From Octopus vulgaris (lineage: Eukaryota), in contig OX597827.1 in NCBI GenBank assembly GCA_951406725.2, positions 46,438,001 to 46,502,000 on the forward strand: DNA of 64,000 nucleotides, in the 5' to 3' direction. The notes under the pieces were generated by a model that searched no databases, was not told where the DNA came from, and worked only from the letters and a program-made list of their open reading frames with translations. The position numbers were made by a program, and so were the translations under genes. Shown piece after piece: positions 26,513 to 39,876 of this stretch. Within the stretch, counting starts at the first letter, position 1, and each line of letters starts with the position of its first letter.

Positions 26513-26890
26513 TAATTACTGGTATCTTTATATATTAATATATCTTATATGTAAAGCATAATATGTTATACATGTATGTATATTCTTGTAACTGTCATTT
26601 TAGTAAATAAATAAATACGTTGACATAATATAATGTCTAATAGTTGATGAACTACCTATTGATCCCCTCCATTTTCCTATTGCTATATATATATATGCAT
26701 GTGTGTATATGTTTGTGTGTGTGTGCGTGTCCCCAACATCGCTTGACAACCGATGATGGTGTGCTTACGTCCCCGTAACATAGCGGTTCGGCAAAAGAGG
26801 CCGATTAAATAACTACAAAACTTACAATGAATAAGTCCTGCGATGCTCCAGCACGGCCGCAGTCAAAATGACTGAAACAAGTAAAAGAGG
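26303..26890 (+). mobile_element. SINE family A with an AT-rich insert in its internal (TA)n
   Basis: Head at 26303 and tail GAAACAAGTAAAAGAG near 26890. The end of the insert (26620-26684) matches the fold-back element at 42619-42759. Confidence 0.85.
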
Positions 26891-27118
26891 AAGAAATTTT
26901 GGAAGTTTGAAAGATAACGCAGTAAATATTCGTGGAAAAAGAAACTGGTTTATCATAGATTGTAGTTTGTTTTTAATTACATACTATTTCGTCAAGTCGG
27001 TGGTTGCTGAAAACAAACATTGATAATCAAATAATGAATTCATAGGCACACGCACATATACTCATACACACGCCGCATGCATACATACACATATGCATAC
27101 ACACACACATGCCACTGC

Positions 27119-27149
<31 letters not shown>

Positions 27150-27287
27150 TGTGTCTGTCTGTCTGTGTCTGCGCGTGTGTGTTGGCTGGGACATTAAGTT
27201 TCGCCTGACGTCTTATTCAGTCAGACTGTTGGTTTTCGTTAACATGTTTTGAAATAGCATGAAATTTACATTAGCACGCACACACAC

Positions 27288-27383
<96 letters not shown>

Positions 27384-27514
27384 ACAAGGCTTACAAAGAC
27401 AATAATTAATTAAAATAAAATACTCATTATCTCAAGAAGAAACGTAAGTTTAACTATTTATTTAGTGAACACTTAGCAGAGTAAATCTTGTTCCGACCCT
27501 TGCCGATCCACACA

Positions 27515-27577
<63 letters not shown>

Positions 27578-27838
27578 AATCTCTAAATCTCACACACAGA
27601 ATAAATTTTAGTGAGTCTAAAATAATTTTTAGCCAATTGAAACTATGCATGTGCATCACGAAAATGGTCGAGGTTCTGAATATTTTATCTTCGAATATTC
27701 ACACTGTAAATGAAAACTAAGCAATTATTATTAATGATTATGACTACACCTGGTTTCTCTCACAAGCGGTCGGAATGCGTTTTATTTATATGATTATATG
27801 ATGTTTTAAGTTTGAAATGAAAAGGATATTAACAGTGA

Positions 27839-29615
27839 TAGGCGCAGGAGTGGCTGTGTGGTAAGTAGCTTGCTAACCAACCACATGGTTCCGGGTTCAG
27901 TCCCACTGCGTGACATCTTGGGCAAGTGTCTTCTGCTATAGCCCTGGGCCGACCAATGCCTTGTGAGTGGATTTGGTAGACGGAAACTGAAAGAAGCCTG
28001 TCGTATATATGTATGTATATATATATATATGTGTGTGTTTGTGTGTCTGTGTTTGTCCCCCTAGCATTGCTTGACAACCGATGCTGGTGTGTTTACGTTC
28101 CCGTCACTTAGCGGTTCAGCAAAAGAGACCGATAGAATAAGTACTGGGCTTACAAAGAATAAGTCCCGGGGTCGATTTGCTCGACTAAAGGCGGTGGTCT
28201 AGCATGGCCGCAGTCAAATGATTGAAACAAGTAAAAGAGTAAAAAGTAAAGAGTGAGTCAGATACGCTTTTTTTTAGTGAAGCTAAGATGTGCCACTAAA
28301 AATGTGTCACTAAAAATGTGCCACCGTCTAATGTACACTATGTTTCAGAAAACAATAGACGGGATGGGTTTTTTTTATTTATTTTATTACGCATGCTAAC
28401 CACTGGTATTTATTATTAATTTAATAATTTTTACCCTGTTAGATATATAAATATCTTCGGTTAGATAGGCGTAGGAGTGGCTGTGTGGTAAGTAGGTTGC
28501 TTACCAATCACATGGTTCCGGGTTCAGTCCCACTGCGTAGCACCTTGGGCAAGGGTCTCCTACTATAGCCTCGGGCTGACCAGAGCTTTGTGAGTGGATT
28601 TGGTTGACGGAAACTGAAAGAAGCCCGTCGTATGTATCTTTATATGTATATATATATATAGAGAGAGAGAGAGAGGGAGAGAGAGAGATAGTAAAGTGCA
28701 ACAAAAAGGAATTCCTACATTTTACAAGTTGATAAATGTTCCTATAACAAACGCACATGCATCTTACTTTTATTTTTTGTATTTTTTTTACTTGTTTCAG
28801 TCATTAGACTGCGGCCATGCTGGAGCACTGCCTTTAGTCGAGCAAATCGACCCCAGGACTTATTCTTTGGAAGCCTAGTACATATTCTATCGGTCTTTTG
28901 CCGAACCGATAAGTTACGAGGACGTAAACACACTACCATCAGTTGTCAAGCGATGTTGGGGGGACAAACACAGGCACACAAACATATACACACGCATACA
29001 TATATACGACGAGCTTCTCTCAGTTTCCGTCTACCAAATCCATTCACAAGGCTTTGGTCGGCCTGAGGCTATAAGTAGAAGACACTTGCCCAAGGTGCCA
29101 CGCAGTGGGAATGAACCCGGAACCATGTGGCTGGTAAGCAAGCTACTTACCACACAGCTACTCCTGAGCATCTGTTCAAACTTTAATCATTATTACAAAA
29201 AGAAAAAACGGCAAAATATTAGCTGTAGCTTGCTAACCAGCCACATGGTTCCGGGTTCAGTCCCACTGCGTGGCATCTTGGGCAAGTGTCTTATGCTATA
29301 GCCCCGGGCCGACCAATGCCTTGTGAGTGGATTTGGTAGACGGAAACTGAAAGAAGCCCGTCGTATATATGTATATATATATATAAGTGTGTGTGTATAT
29401 GTTTGTGTGTCTGTGTTTGTCCCCCTAGCATTGCCTGACAACCGATGCTGGTGTGTTTACGTCCCCGTCACTTAGCGGTTCGGCAAAAGAGACCGATAGA
29501 ATAAGTACTGGGCTTACAAAGAATAAGTCCCGGGGTCGATTTGCTCGACTAAAGGCGGTGCTCCAGCATGGCCGCAGTCAAATGACTGAAACAAAAAAAA
29601 AAGAGTAAAAAGAGT
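27839..29615. mobile_element. Cluster of four SINE A copies (27839-28255 +, 28466-28660 + partial, 28785-29166 -, 29222-29615 +)
   Basis: Each matches the family A sequence. Orientations are mixed. Confidence 0.9.
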
Positions 29616-30335
29616 ACATGAAAACATTATCGTTTGGCTAACTTTACTAGCGTCATATTAATGGCTATGTAGAATATGGGAGGTTGTTATGTTACGTTCT
29701 GTACATGAACGCATAAAACTGAAGTGACTTGTTTCAGTCATTGGACTGCGGCCATGCTGTAGTACTGCTTTGAAGGGTTTTAATGGAACGAATCGACGCC
29801 AGAACTTATTTTCTTTAAAGCCTGGTACTCTCTTTCTAAACCGCTAAATTACAGGGGCGTAAACAAACCAGCGCCAGTTGTCAAGTGGTTGTGGGGAACA
29901 AACACAAAGACAAAGGTATACGCAGATAGATACTTACACACAAACATACATGCATATGTATGTATGTATTTAGGTATGTATGTATTTATGTATGTATGTA
30001 TGTATGTATGTATGTATGTATGTATGTATGTGTGTTTGTACGCTGACGGGCTTCTTTCAGCTTGCGTGCGCCAAACCCACTCACGAGTCATTGGTCACCC
30101 TGATGCCTTAGTAGAAGGCACTTGTCCAAGATGTCACACAGTGGGGGTGAAACCAGAACCATGTAGAACAAACTCCTCACCACACGTGCGTAAGCGTACA
30201 CACACGAACACATACATACAAGCATACATATGCACATACTTACACACACACATACATACATACATACATACATACATACATACATACATACATACATACA
30301 TACATACATACATACATACATACATACATACATAC

Positions 30336-30580
30336 CTGTAATTATCGGGGACTTGGGATATGTAACACACTGCCTAAATACCAATCTTGAGAAATTTGAT
30401 TTCTCAAAACTAGAAAGGAGAAAGCTAATTCGAAGTCTACATATCCAATACATCACTGGAACTGTAAAAATCTGTAAAACTTTCCAGAAATTTATCATTT
30501 AAGTATATAAGAGCATGTCTAGATATGCAACTATATGTATGTGAATACATACATAAAACAAAACATACAAATCTGCATGT
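30336..30580 (+). mobile_element. 3' end of an RLE-type LINE (R4/Dong-like)
   Basis: PVIIGDLGYVTHCLNTNLEKF...KLIRSLHIQYITGTVKICKTF* resembles the PIVIGALG...LQK.AILGT..I C-terminus of R4/Dong restriction-like endonucleases. The 5' junction lies in (CATA)n. Confidence 0.65.
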
Positions 30581-30644
30581 ATATATTCATACATACATAC
30601 AATATATACACACGCATACACATATATAGACACATGTATATATG

Positions 30645-30708
<64 letters not shown>

Positions 30709-31091
30709 CATATGTATGTATATATATATATGTGTGTGTGTTAGCACATCTATGTATGTATGTATGTATAGATATAAACACATATACACACACATGTATA
30801 TTAACGCACGCGCGCAAGCACACGTGATCAGAAATACCTGTCGTCACTGAACTCAAGTAAAAGAATGTTGTCACCATGTCGGCGACTGTTTTATTCATAT
30901 TCTGTTGGAAAGGGACAACTTTAGAGAATATAAAAAAAAAAAAAATTTTTTTTTTAAATTCTTAAGAGCCTGAAATGTCATGCATATTCCTGTCTGTTAA
31001 TGCGAGAGCATCTGTGAATACAGGTGTGTGTGTGTGTGTATGTATGTGTGTGTGTGTGTGTGTGTGTGCGTGTAGCAAGATATATATATAA

Positions 31092-31152
<61 letters not shown>

Positions 31153-31614
31153 CATATATAGAGCTTTACATACAAACACAGTTATGTGTGTATGCGCGCG
31201 CGCGTGTTAGTGTATGTTCCCGTACATTTTGCAGATTCATACAAGTGTTGTTTAATTTATTTACACACACACACATACATGCGTACACACATATACATAT
31301 GCATACATATATACATAAATATATATATACACATACATATATATATATATATAATATATACATATATATGTGTATATGTATATATATATATACATATATG
31401 TGTATGTTTCTATCCATGTGTACCTATATACTTATACACACACGCACACATATATATATACACTTATATAATACATGTGTATATATATATCTTATGTATG
31501 TAGGTATGTATGCATATATATATACACACACACACACACATATGCATAGATATATCTTTATGCATATATGTATGTATGTATATATATATACATACAAACA
31601 TGAAGTATATATAT

Positions 31615-31681
<67 letters not shown>

Positions 31682-32336
31682 TGCATGTGTACATACATAC
31701 ATGCATGCATGTATACATGAATGTATGGTTGGTTGTAATTGTTTATAAATCCGTGTTTGCATGTGTACATGTATGTGTACATGTGTACATGAGTATGTGT
31801 ATATATGCATGTATCTTTATACGCATGCATGCAAACATGCATGGCTGTTTTTATGCAACAGGCAATAACAACATTAATAAATAAATATATATATACAACT
31901 TACCAAATCTCTTCTGTTAGTCTCGTAGCTATATACATATACACACATATAAATGCGTATATATATGTATTAAAGATGTATATTATTTATCTATATTTAT
32001 ATGTATGTATATAAATATATATATATGTATTTATATTATGTCCGTTGCCGAATAAGCTCTATAGACCAGACGTTAAAAGTTTCAGTCTAACCTCTGTCAC
32101 TCTGTCTAGTTATTGAAATTGTGTTCGTGGTCACACGTGTGTATGTGTGTGTGTGTGTGTGTGTTTGTGTGTGTGAGTGAGTGTTTGTGTGTTTGTAAAC
32201 ACCTTTTCTATGTTCGTAAGTGCTGTGTATGTCATACGTGTGCGTATGTGTATGTGTGTGTGTGTGCATGTTGTCATACGTATATGTAAATGGAAAAGCT
32301 AGTCTTATATGAATGTATGCGTGTGGAAGGCGATGC

Positions 32337-32370
<34 letters not shown>

Positions 32371-32758
32371 ATTTAGTTTCTGTGTATATGCATGTATGTA
32401 TGTGGTGGTGGGAAGAGTGGGCTTAATTCTCTCCTCCCGCACCTCACTCGGTAATTAACGGAATCTCCCGACTGCCTTCTACGGTAATAATACTACCTCC
32501 AGCCTTCACCATATTAACCTGTCCACACTTCGCCCTCTCTTTCTTCCCGTCCTCCTCGTCTCTCTCTCTCTCTTTCTTCTCCCCCTCTCTCTATTCAAAT
32601 AATACATTCATGTATGTATGTATGTATGTCTGTGTCTGTATGTGTGTGTGTATATTCATGTATATGCATATTATCTGTCTGTCTGTCTGGTTTTTTTTAT
32701 CTAGCCATCAAGCTATCGCCCTTTCTGTATCTTTACCTATCTTTTTACTAGCCTAGAA

Positions 32759-33387
32759 GAGCGCTTATTCAACTTTTCTCATTCGTGACCCCATTTTTCA
32801 TCACGTGATTTTTTTTCACGACCCCCAGGTATTAAATATACGGCAATCTTTCGTCTCTAGTAGACCTTTCCGTCGATTTCCGTAAAAAAATTTATTTTTT
32901 TTTTACATATGGGCTTGCGGGAACTTTTGAAGTAATGAGAGCGAAAGAGACTAAGAGAAAGCGATTGTATGACGAGGGAAGTTCTTTTGAAGTTACTGTG
33001 CATGGGAAGCATTGATGTACATGTGTGCGTGTGTGTGTGTGTGTGTGTTTGATGGGGTGTGGGAGACAGACAGTATGTTGTGTAAGTGAAGTGCTTCTGT
33101 TAGTGTGTGTGAAGAGACAGAGAGAGTAATGTGTGAAAGAAAGAGATAACTGAAATTTTTTACTCGGTGTATGTGTATATGTATGTATATTACTTCAAAA
33201 GTTCCTGCAAGCCCATATGTAAAAAAAAAATTTTTTTTTTACGGAAATCGACGGAAAGGTCTACTAGAGACGAAAGATCGCCAAATATACATTTGTGAAA
33301 TAACATATAAACTGAAATTCAAACTGTTTCAATTTAATTTTCGCGACCCCAAATGGTATCGCGACCCATAGTTTTTAAGAAGCGCTG
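32759..33387. mobile_element. hAT (Charlie-like) MITE
   Basis: Termini (C/G)AGCGCTT...AAGCGCTG. 8-bp TSD GCCTAGAA / GCCTAGAG at 32751-32758 and 33388-33395. Confidence 0.75.
32842..33282. mobile_element. Long-TIR MITE, Merlin-like, nested in the hAT MITE
   Basis: TIRs of about 95 bp starting GGCAATCTTTCGTCTCTAGTAGACC. 8-bp TSD AAATATAC at 32834-32841 and 33283-33290. Confidence 0.8.
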
Positions 33388-33749
33388 GCCTAGAGGAAAG
33401 AGTTATGCCCAGGGCATTCGCAGGTCGTCAGAGACAGGTGAGACCGCTGCAGTTCATTCAACTGACAATCTTTCTACCTACCTGTTTAACAATCTATCTA
33501 CTAACGAGTTTTTTAATCTGTTGCTCTCTCTCTCCTTCTTTCTCCATCTCTTTCTCTCTCTCCCTCTTTCTCCATCTCTCTTTCTCTTTTTCTCTCCCTC
33601 TCCTCTCTCTCTCTCTCTCTCTCTCTTCGTATATGTATATATATGTATATACATGTATGCAAGTCTGTGTGCGTGTGTGTATGTGCGTGCGTGCGTATGT
33701 GTATGTGCGTGCGTGCGTGCGCGTGGGTGGCTGTGAGTGGCTGTGAGTG

Positions 33750-34152
33750 TAGGGTAACTTTTGTGTACTGAGGGTGCCGCTGTACTCCGTCTCGGAAGTC
33801 AGTTTCTCACCAGGCGGTTAAGCAGCTCAGTGGGTATTTCGACCCTCTCCACAGCGACATCAGAGCTGCTTGGTGGCCACCACCGTTGAATACGAAGAAA
33901 ACTCCCACACATCAGCACTTGTTTTGTTAGTCAAACATTGTGACTCTGGGCCAGGTGTTTCTATCGTCCTCAATGCTCTTTCTTGCTGCATCAATCGCCC
34001 TCTCACTTCAGCCAAATATAAGGGCTTGCTTTCTCAATGGCTGTCGACAATTTTCTGGCGACATCTTTGGCAGCCTTCGCAGTTAGTCCAAGACTCCTGT
34101 GGCGGCTTGTATATAGGCACTGCGGAACTGCAGTACCCCCTATTTCCACTCG
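33750..34152 (-). mobile_element. 3' end of an RLE-type LINE (HERO-like)
   Basis: Minus frame VEIG...RSLGLTAKAAKDVARKLSTAIEKASPYIWLK*EGD* resembles VEVGCRGF...LG...AEKAS.W.W.RR. A structured 3' UTR follows. Confidence 0.65.
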
Positions 34153-35029
34153 ATATTATTGAAAACATTCAATATAATGAGTCCTTTTTTTCTTTATTTC
34201 TTTCTTTATACTTGTACATTATATAATCCTTAAGCTAAATGTCAGTAGCCATCCCCTAGTTTATGAAAAAATACAAAAACCCTTGTATAGAATTGTGCGC
34301 TTCAAAGTTCTAGCGACGCGGTGTTTGGCTGTTGTGTGTATGCTCATATGTCCGAAATAGGAAGCTTCACGCTAGGGAGAGAAAGCACTGCGTGAACGAT
34401 AGTGCCGACCTCGGTGTTCCGGTGAAAGGTAGTGTTTCTTTTGACTTCGCGTATGTTGTGCTTAAAAACGTGTTTATATTCTTGAATGTGATAAAGTGTG
34501 GAATTAGATTATTATCCTGCTTCCAACTTCAGTGTTGCTGCCAGGATTTGAAAAATAGGGCACATTCCCCTGCCCCCACATCTTATTTTGTGATTTAGGA
34601 GGGATTTAATTAAAAACAAGGGGGAATTCGCGGCGGTGTTCAGTGAACAAATTAAACACACTACCCGGCAGTGGCTAAAACGCGAACTGATCAGGTTTAT
34701 GTATAAATTTTCTTTTTATATGTTTGTTTCGTTTTACACAATATTAAAACAACAGCTAAACATTTTCTGAATCAGCACCCACACTAATTTTATCTACAAG
34801 CCGCCACTGCTCCTGATTACCGAATTAACCCTGATTCCAACAAATCCCCTAACACCTATACATCTATCTCTTCAGGATATGATGTAATCTACCATCTTCC
34901 AGTTTCCGTCGACCAAATTCCCTCATAACGTTTTGGCCAGCTCGAGGCTGTAGAAAAAGATACGAAGATGCTAATCACATATGTGTCAGTGTGTGTTTTA
35001 GCTATTATTTCTAGTAATCCGTGCGACAG

Positions 35030-35650
35030 GGTAAAATTGGGAACGAAAGCAACCCCTGTTCTTGCGAACCTAATAAGTTATTTTGAATTCACCATATATG
35101 AAGTGTCACTGCAAAAATATGGATATCCATTTTATCTTTATATAAGAGAGAACTGGAAAAGATACCTGGATGACTACTTTATCATTTGAAAGGAGACCAG
35201 TGACAAACTTTTGGAATTCAAATCAATACTAAATAGTATAAACCCTAACATTCAATTCACAATGGAATATAGCAAAGAACAGTTCCCCCTTTTTAGGATA
35301 TTATGATAAAAAAAAGTCAACAATCAAATTATAACTGACACCTATCATAAACCAACGAATCCGAAGCAATATCTTCTGTTTAGTTCATGCCACCCGAAAC
35401 ACATCAAAATAAATATCTCTTTTAATTTAGCAAAAGGGATTTACACAATAGTGTCTGATAGAACTACTCGGGACCTTTGTCTTCAAGACCTCAGAACAAC
35501 ACTAACTGAAAGACAATATTCACCCTCACTTAAAGACGATGGAATTAAGCGTACTAAGAAATTAGACATAAAAACACTAAGGACAATAAAACATAACACC
35601 ACACCTCATCTCAAAATACTACTGTATATATCAACTCACAATCCTAATCT
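35030..35650 (+). pseudogene. Penelope-like element reverse transcriptase (decayed)
   Basis: LGTKATPVLANL, WKRYLDD, LNSINPNIQFTME, FLDI, TDTYHKPT, QYLLFSSCHPKH, L.ERQYS and STHNPN are the PLE RT core and thumb motifs. Stops and frameshifts are present. Confidence 0.88.
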
Positions 35651-36449
35651 TTCTATAGTCACTAGAGACCCTTTGTGTTACTATATATATATATATCGAT
35701 GCCTATTGAGATAGAGTCACTGGTGTTTTCTTACCTACAGACAATCAGATTGTTCTTTCATTTATAGTATTCCAAATTTTGAGAAATTCCCATCTCATCT
35801 GTAGTTAGTACCAGTTGCCACCAGACGATTTTTTAGCCTTCTCTAGGAGAGGAGATCCTTTCAAAAGCCAAGAATGTATTTTCTTTTGTACTTAATATCC
35901 CCTTATTCCCTTTTGCTGTTTAAACTATACTTCTGGCCACTATGAGATACATTTCGCTTGGCTCATTTTTGTTTATTTTACACACACACACACAAACACA
36001 CACACATGCAGTGACACATGCCACGTGTGTGTGTATGTGTGTGAATAGAGGAATGGATGTGTATATATATAGCTATGAGTATATGTGTCTGTAATATGTA
36101 TGGGTCTGTACAAATATACACATAGAGTTTGAGATTGTTTTGGATTGCCCATGTCCAGCCTCAGTATATTCTCTCTACCAGAGAATGACATGAGATCATA
36201 CTGGTTTGATGAGCCTACTCTATCACTCTGGCTCAACATAGCTTGGCAGAAGAGGGGTGCAGCTTTTTCTACTCTAACCCAGGAGTAGTTAAGTCGATTA
36301 CATCAATCACCAGCACTCAACTGGTACTTAATTTATCAAACCTGAAAGGATGAAAGGTAAAGTCGGCCTTGGCGGAATTTGAACTCAGAACGTAAAGACG
36401 GATGAAATTCCGGTGAGCATTTCTATATAGATATGGATTTGTGTATGTA

Positions 36450-36503
<54 letters not shown>

Positions 36504-36504
36504 G

Positions 36505-36556
<52 letters not shown>

Positions 36557-36560
<4 letters not shown>

Positions 36561-36815
36561 ATCCAAACATGAACAAAGAGAAAACACAACAACGCGATGA
36601 CGTGCAACAAGTATAGTGTTATTGAACGCTCAGAAAAGGAAAGAAAGGAGGAGGATTTAACGTTTCGAGCGGAGCTCTTCGTCAGAAATCCAGAAAAAAG
36701 GAAAAGACCAAAGAAGGGAAGACAGAGAAAGAAAATCGCATATTGAAATGACCGGAAGGAAATGGGTGAAGAAAAAGTTCTTTCGAAGACAGGAGAGTGC
36801 AAGAGAAGGGAGGTA
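36557..36815 (-). mobile_element. Penelope-like terminal fragment abutting (TA)n
   Basis: Begins TAGTTAATCCAAACATGAA at a (TA)n junction. The same terminus and junction occur at 1838-1885. Contains a hammerhead motif. Confidence 0.65.
36653..36691 (-). ncRNA. Minimal type I hammerhead ribozyme, intact core
   Basis: GGATTT-CTGACGA-A-GAGC(TCC)GCTC-GAAA-CG-TT-AAATCC: 6-bp stem I, 4-bp stem II, palindromic ACGT stem III, GUU cleavage triplet. Confidence 0.8.
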
Positions 36816-36850
36816 TGTGTGTGTATGTGTGAGTATATGCGTGCGCGCAG

Positions 36851-36893
<43 letters not shown>

Positions 36894-36954
36894 GATAGCA
36901 CGTGTGTATGTATATATGCGTGTGTGTGTATGTATATATGCGTGTGTGTGTATC

Positions 36955-37004
<50 letters not shown>

Positions 37005-37846
37005 CATACACACAGTACCGGATTTGGAATTGGTGAGACCCTATGCTGTGTCTCGTTTAGCTTGTGTCTAAATCCTTCATCTGAGATGATATGTTGCTTA
37101 ACAATATGAACAACAGCATAGAATGACTCATCGCCTTGAATTCCTCAAATGACAATATATTGTCGTGCAACCTCCATCTTCCTTATTAACAAACCATTTC
37201 TGCTGTCACAACCTAACTACAACTACCGAACGTCATAAGCCAGCGTGAAGGAGTTTCGATGTAGTCGTGTCACTGGCTAAAAATAGCAGCTAAATTTCTC
37301 TCAAATCACACCTCAACGGTGTTTTCCTTTTTTTATGTATTAAAAAAATTAAGTTGGCACATATTTGACAACTCAGTCCTCGTTATTCAAAAAGACCGGT
37401 TTGACACGCCTGGAACATGTTAGACGGTAAACGACAATTACTACTTCTGGTGAAATCCTAAAAATGACAGGATAATCATGGCTGGAATGCCTATCACCAT
37501 AGGTTTGCTCACTTTGGTGCAATCAACATAACAAAACTCCCACAAGACAAATACTGTAGTAATTGGCCAATCGATAATGTGTATACGTTAAATATGATAC
37601 ATAGATGGCTATTTTAATCAAGCACTGCTTCAAATGCATATACCGGATTTTTAATCAGTCAGGTGATTTTTCGCAACATCAGTGAATGTTTTATTCACTT
37701 TCCCCAATATTAGAAACGACGAATGAATTCTCGTCAGAGCATGTGGTTGGTTGTGAGTACACACCATTGAAGGAGCTCAAAAACGGCGAAATGCATCTGG
37801 CGCTTTCACTGGCCGCTGTTGGGATAAAATAACCCTGTCCTCTCCC

Positions 37847-37920
<74 letters not shown>

Positions 37921-38040
37921 GTATTTAGTGCATTTTTAACACAGCAAATCCACAGATGTTATCTCAAGATAAATACTTCAGTAATCAGTCTAGCGATATT
38001 GTTTATGCTTTAAGTATAAATGTCTATAGAGTGTGTTTAA

Positions 38041-38596
38041 TCCTTTAGCATTTAAGCCAGCCATATTTGGCCCAAATATCCTACCCTGCATTATGTTCAA
38101 ACCAGCCAGAACCGGCCTTCCACACTTACCCTACAATGTCATTCTGAAAATAAACAGTCACATCATTAAAACTTCGTAGCTACTTAATAATGCTTGATTA
38201 ATTCAAAATAAGGAGGCGCAATTGCCCAGTGGTTAGGGCAGCGGACTCGCGGTGGGAGGATTGCGGTTTTGATTCCCAGACCGGGCGTTGTGTGTATTTA
38301 TTGAGCGAAAACACCTAAAGCTCCACGAAGCTCTGGTAGGGGGTGGTGGCAACCCCTGTTGTACTCTTTCGCCCCAACTTTCTCTCACTCTTTCTTCCTG
38401 TTTCTTGAGTAACGCTGCGATGGACTGGCGTCCCGTCTAGCTGGTGAGGGGGGAACGCATACGCTATAGAAACCGGGAAACCGGGCCCATGAGCCTGGCT
38501 AGGCTTGAAAAGGGCGCATAATTAAAAATTACAAAATTTAAAACAAGGTGAATACATAAGCATTACATTTGACAGAGTAATCTGAATGCTAAAGCG
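38041..38596. mobile_element. piggyBac-like MITE containing a SINE D (38212-38520, +)
   Basis: TTAA-TCCTTTAGCATT ... AATGCTAAAGCG-CTAA: degenerate TIR and TTAA site. Confidence 0.6.
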
Positions 38597-39000
38597 CTAA
38601 ATCACTAATTCTGCGTTGGTTGTTCACAATATTAGACGGGTTGCATGTGAAGACAAAAACGACCAAACTAATATCATTTGGGTTTCCATGTTTTATTAAA
38701 CCGCATAGTTTACATCTACGTGGGTAAATATGTTCGATCAAATGTAACAACGTTCATGTAAAGCACATTACATTAGGATAACATTTAGCTTGTCATCTGG
38801 CTCAGTCTCCCCCTATCTCTCTCTATCTCCCTCTCTCGCTCTCTCTTTCTATTATCTACTTATCTATCTACCAATCTGTCTATCAATCTCTACCGCTCTC
38901 TCTCTCTCTCTCTCTCTCTCTGTCAGTCTGTCTGTCTGTCTCTCTCTCTTTATCTATCTAGCTATCTATTTCTACCTAACTATAATTCTCTACATCTATG

Positions 39001-39073
<73 letters not shown>

Positions 39074-39398
39074 CTCTCTATCTCTCTCTCTCTCTGCCTG
39101 TCTTCGTGTGCTATAATATTCTATTAATTTCATCTCATACTCACGCGCACACACGCGCTCGCATTCACACATCCAATAACACACAAACACACACACACAC
39201 ACACACACACGAACGACTCTCAATTTCTGTCTACCAAATCCACGCACAAGGCTTTAGTCCCCCTGAGGCTACAGTAGAAGACACTTGCCCAATGCAGTGG
39301 GATTGAACTCGGAATCATGTAGTTAGGAAACAAGCTTCTTACCACACAGCCACGCCTACATTCGAGCACACTGCAACTTTGCACCCTCTGTGGCCTCC

Positions 39399-39520
<122 letters not shown>

Positions 39521-39586
39521 GTAGGTAGGTAGGTAGGTAGGTAGGTAGGTAAGCAAACAGACAGACAGTCGGACGGACGGACGACT

Positions 39587-39735
<149 letters not shown>

Positions 39736-39821
39736 GTAGGTAGGTAGGTAGGTAGGTAGGTAGGTAGGTAGGTAGGTAGGTAGGTAAGCAAACAGACAGA
39801 CAGTCGGACGGACGGACGACT

Positions 39822-39863
<42 letters not shown>

Positions 39864-39876
39864 TAGATAGATAGAT

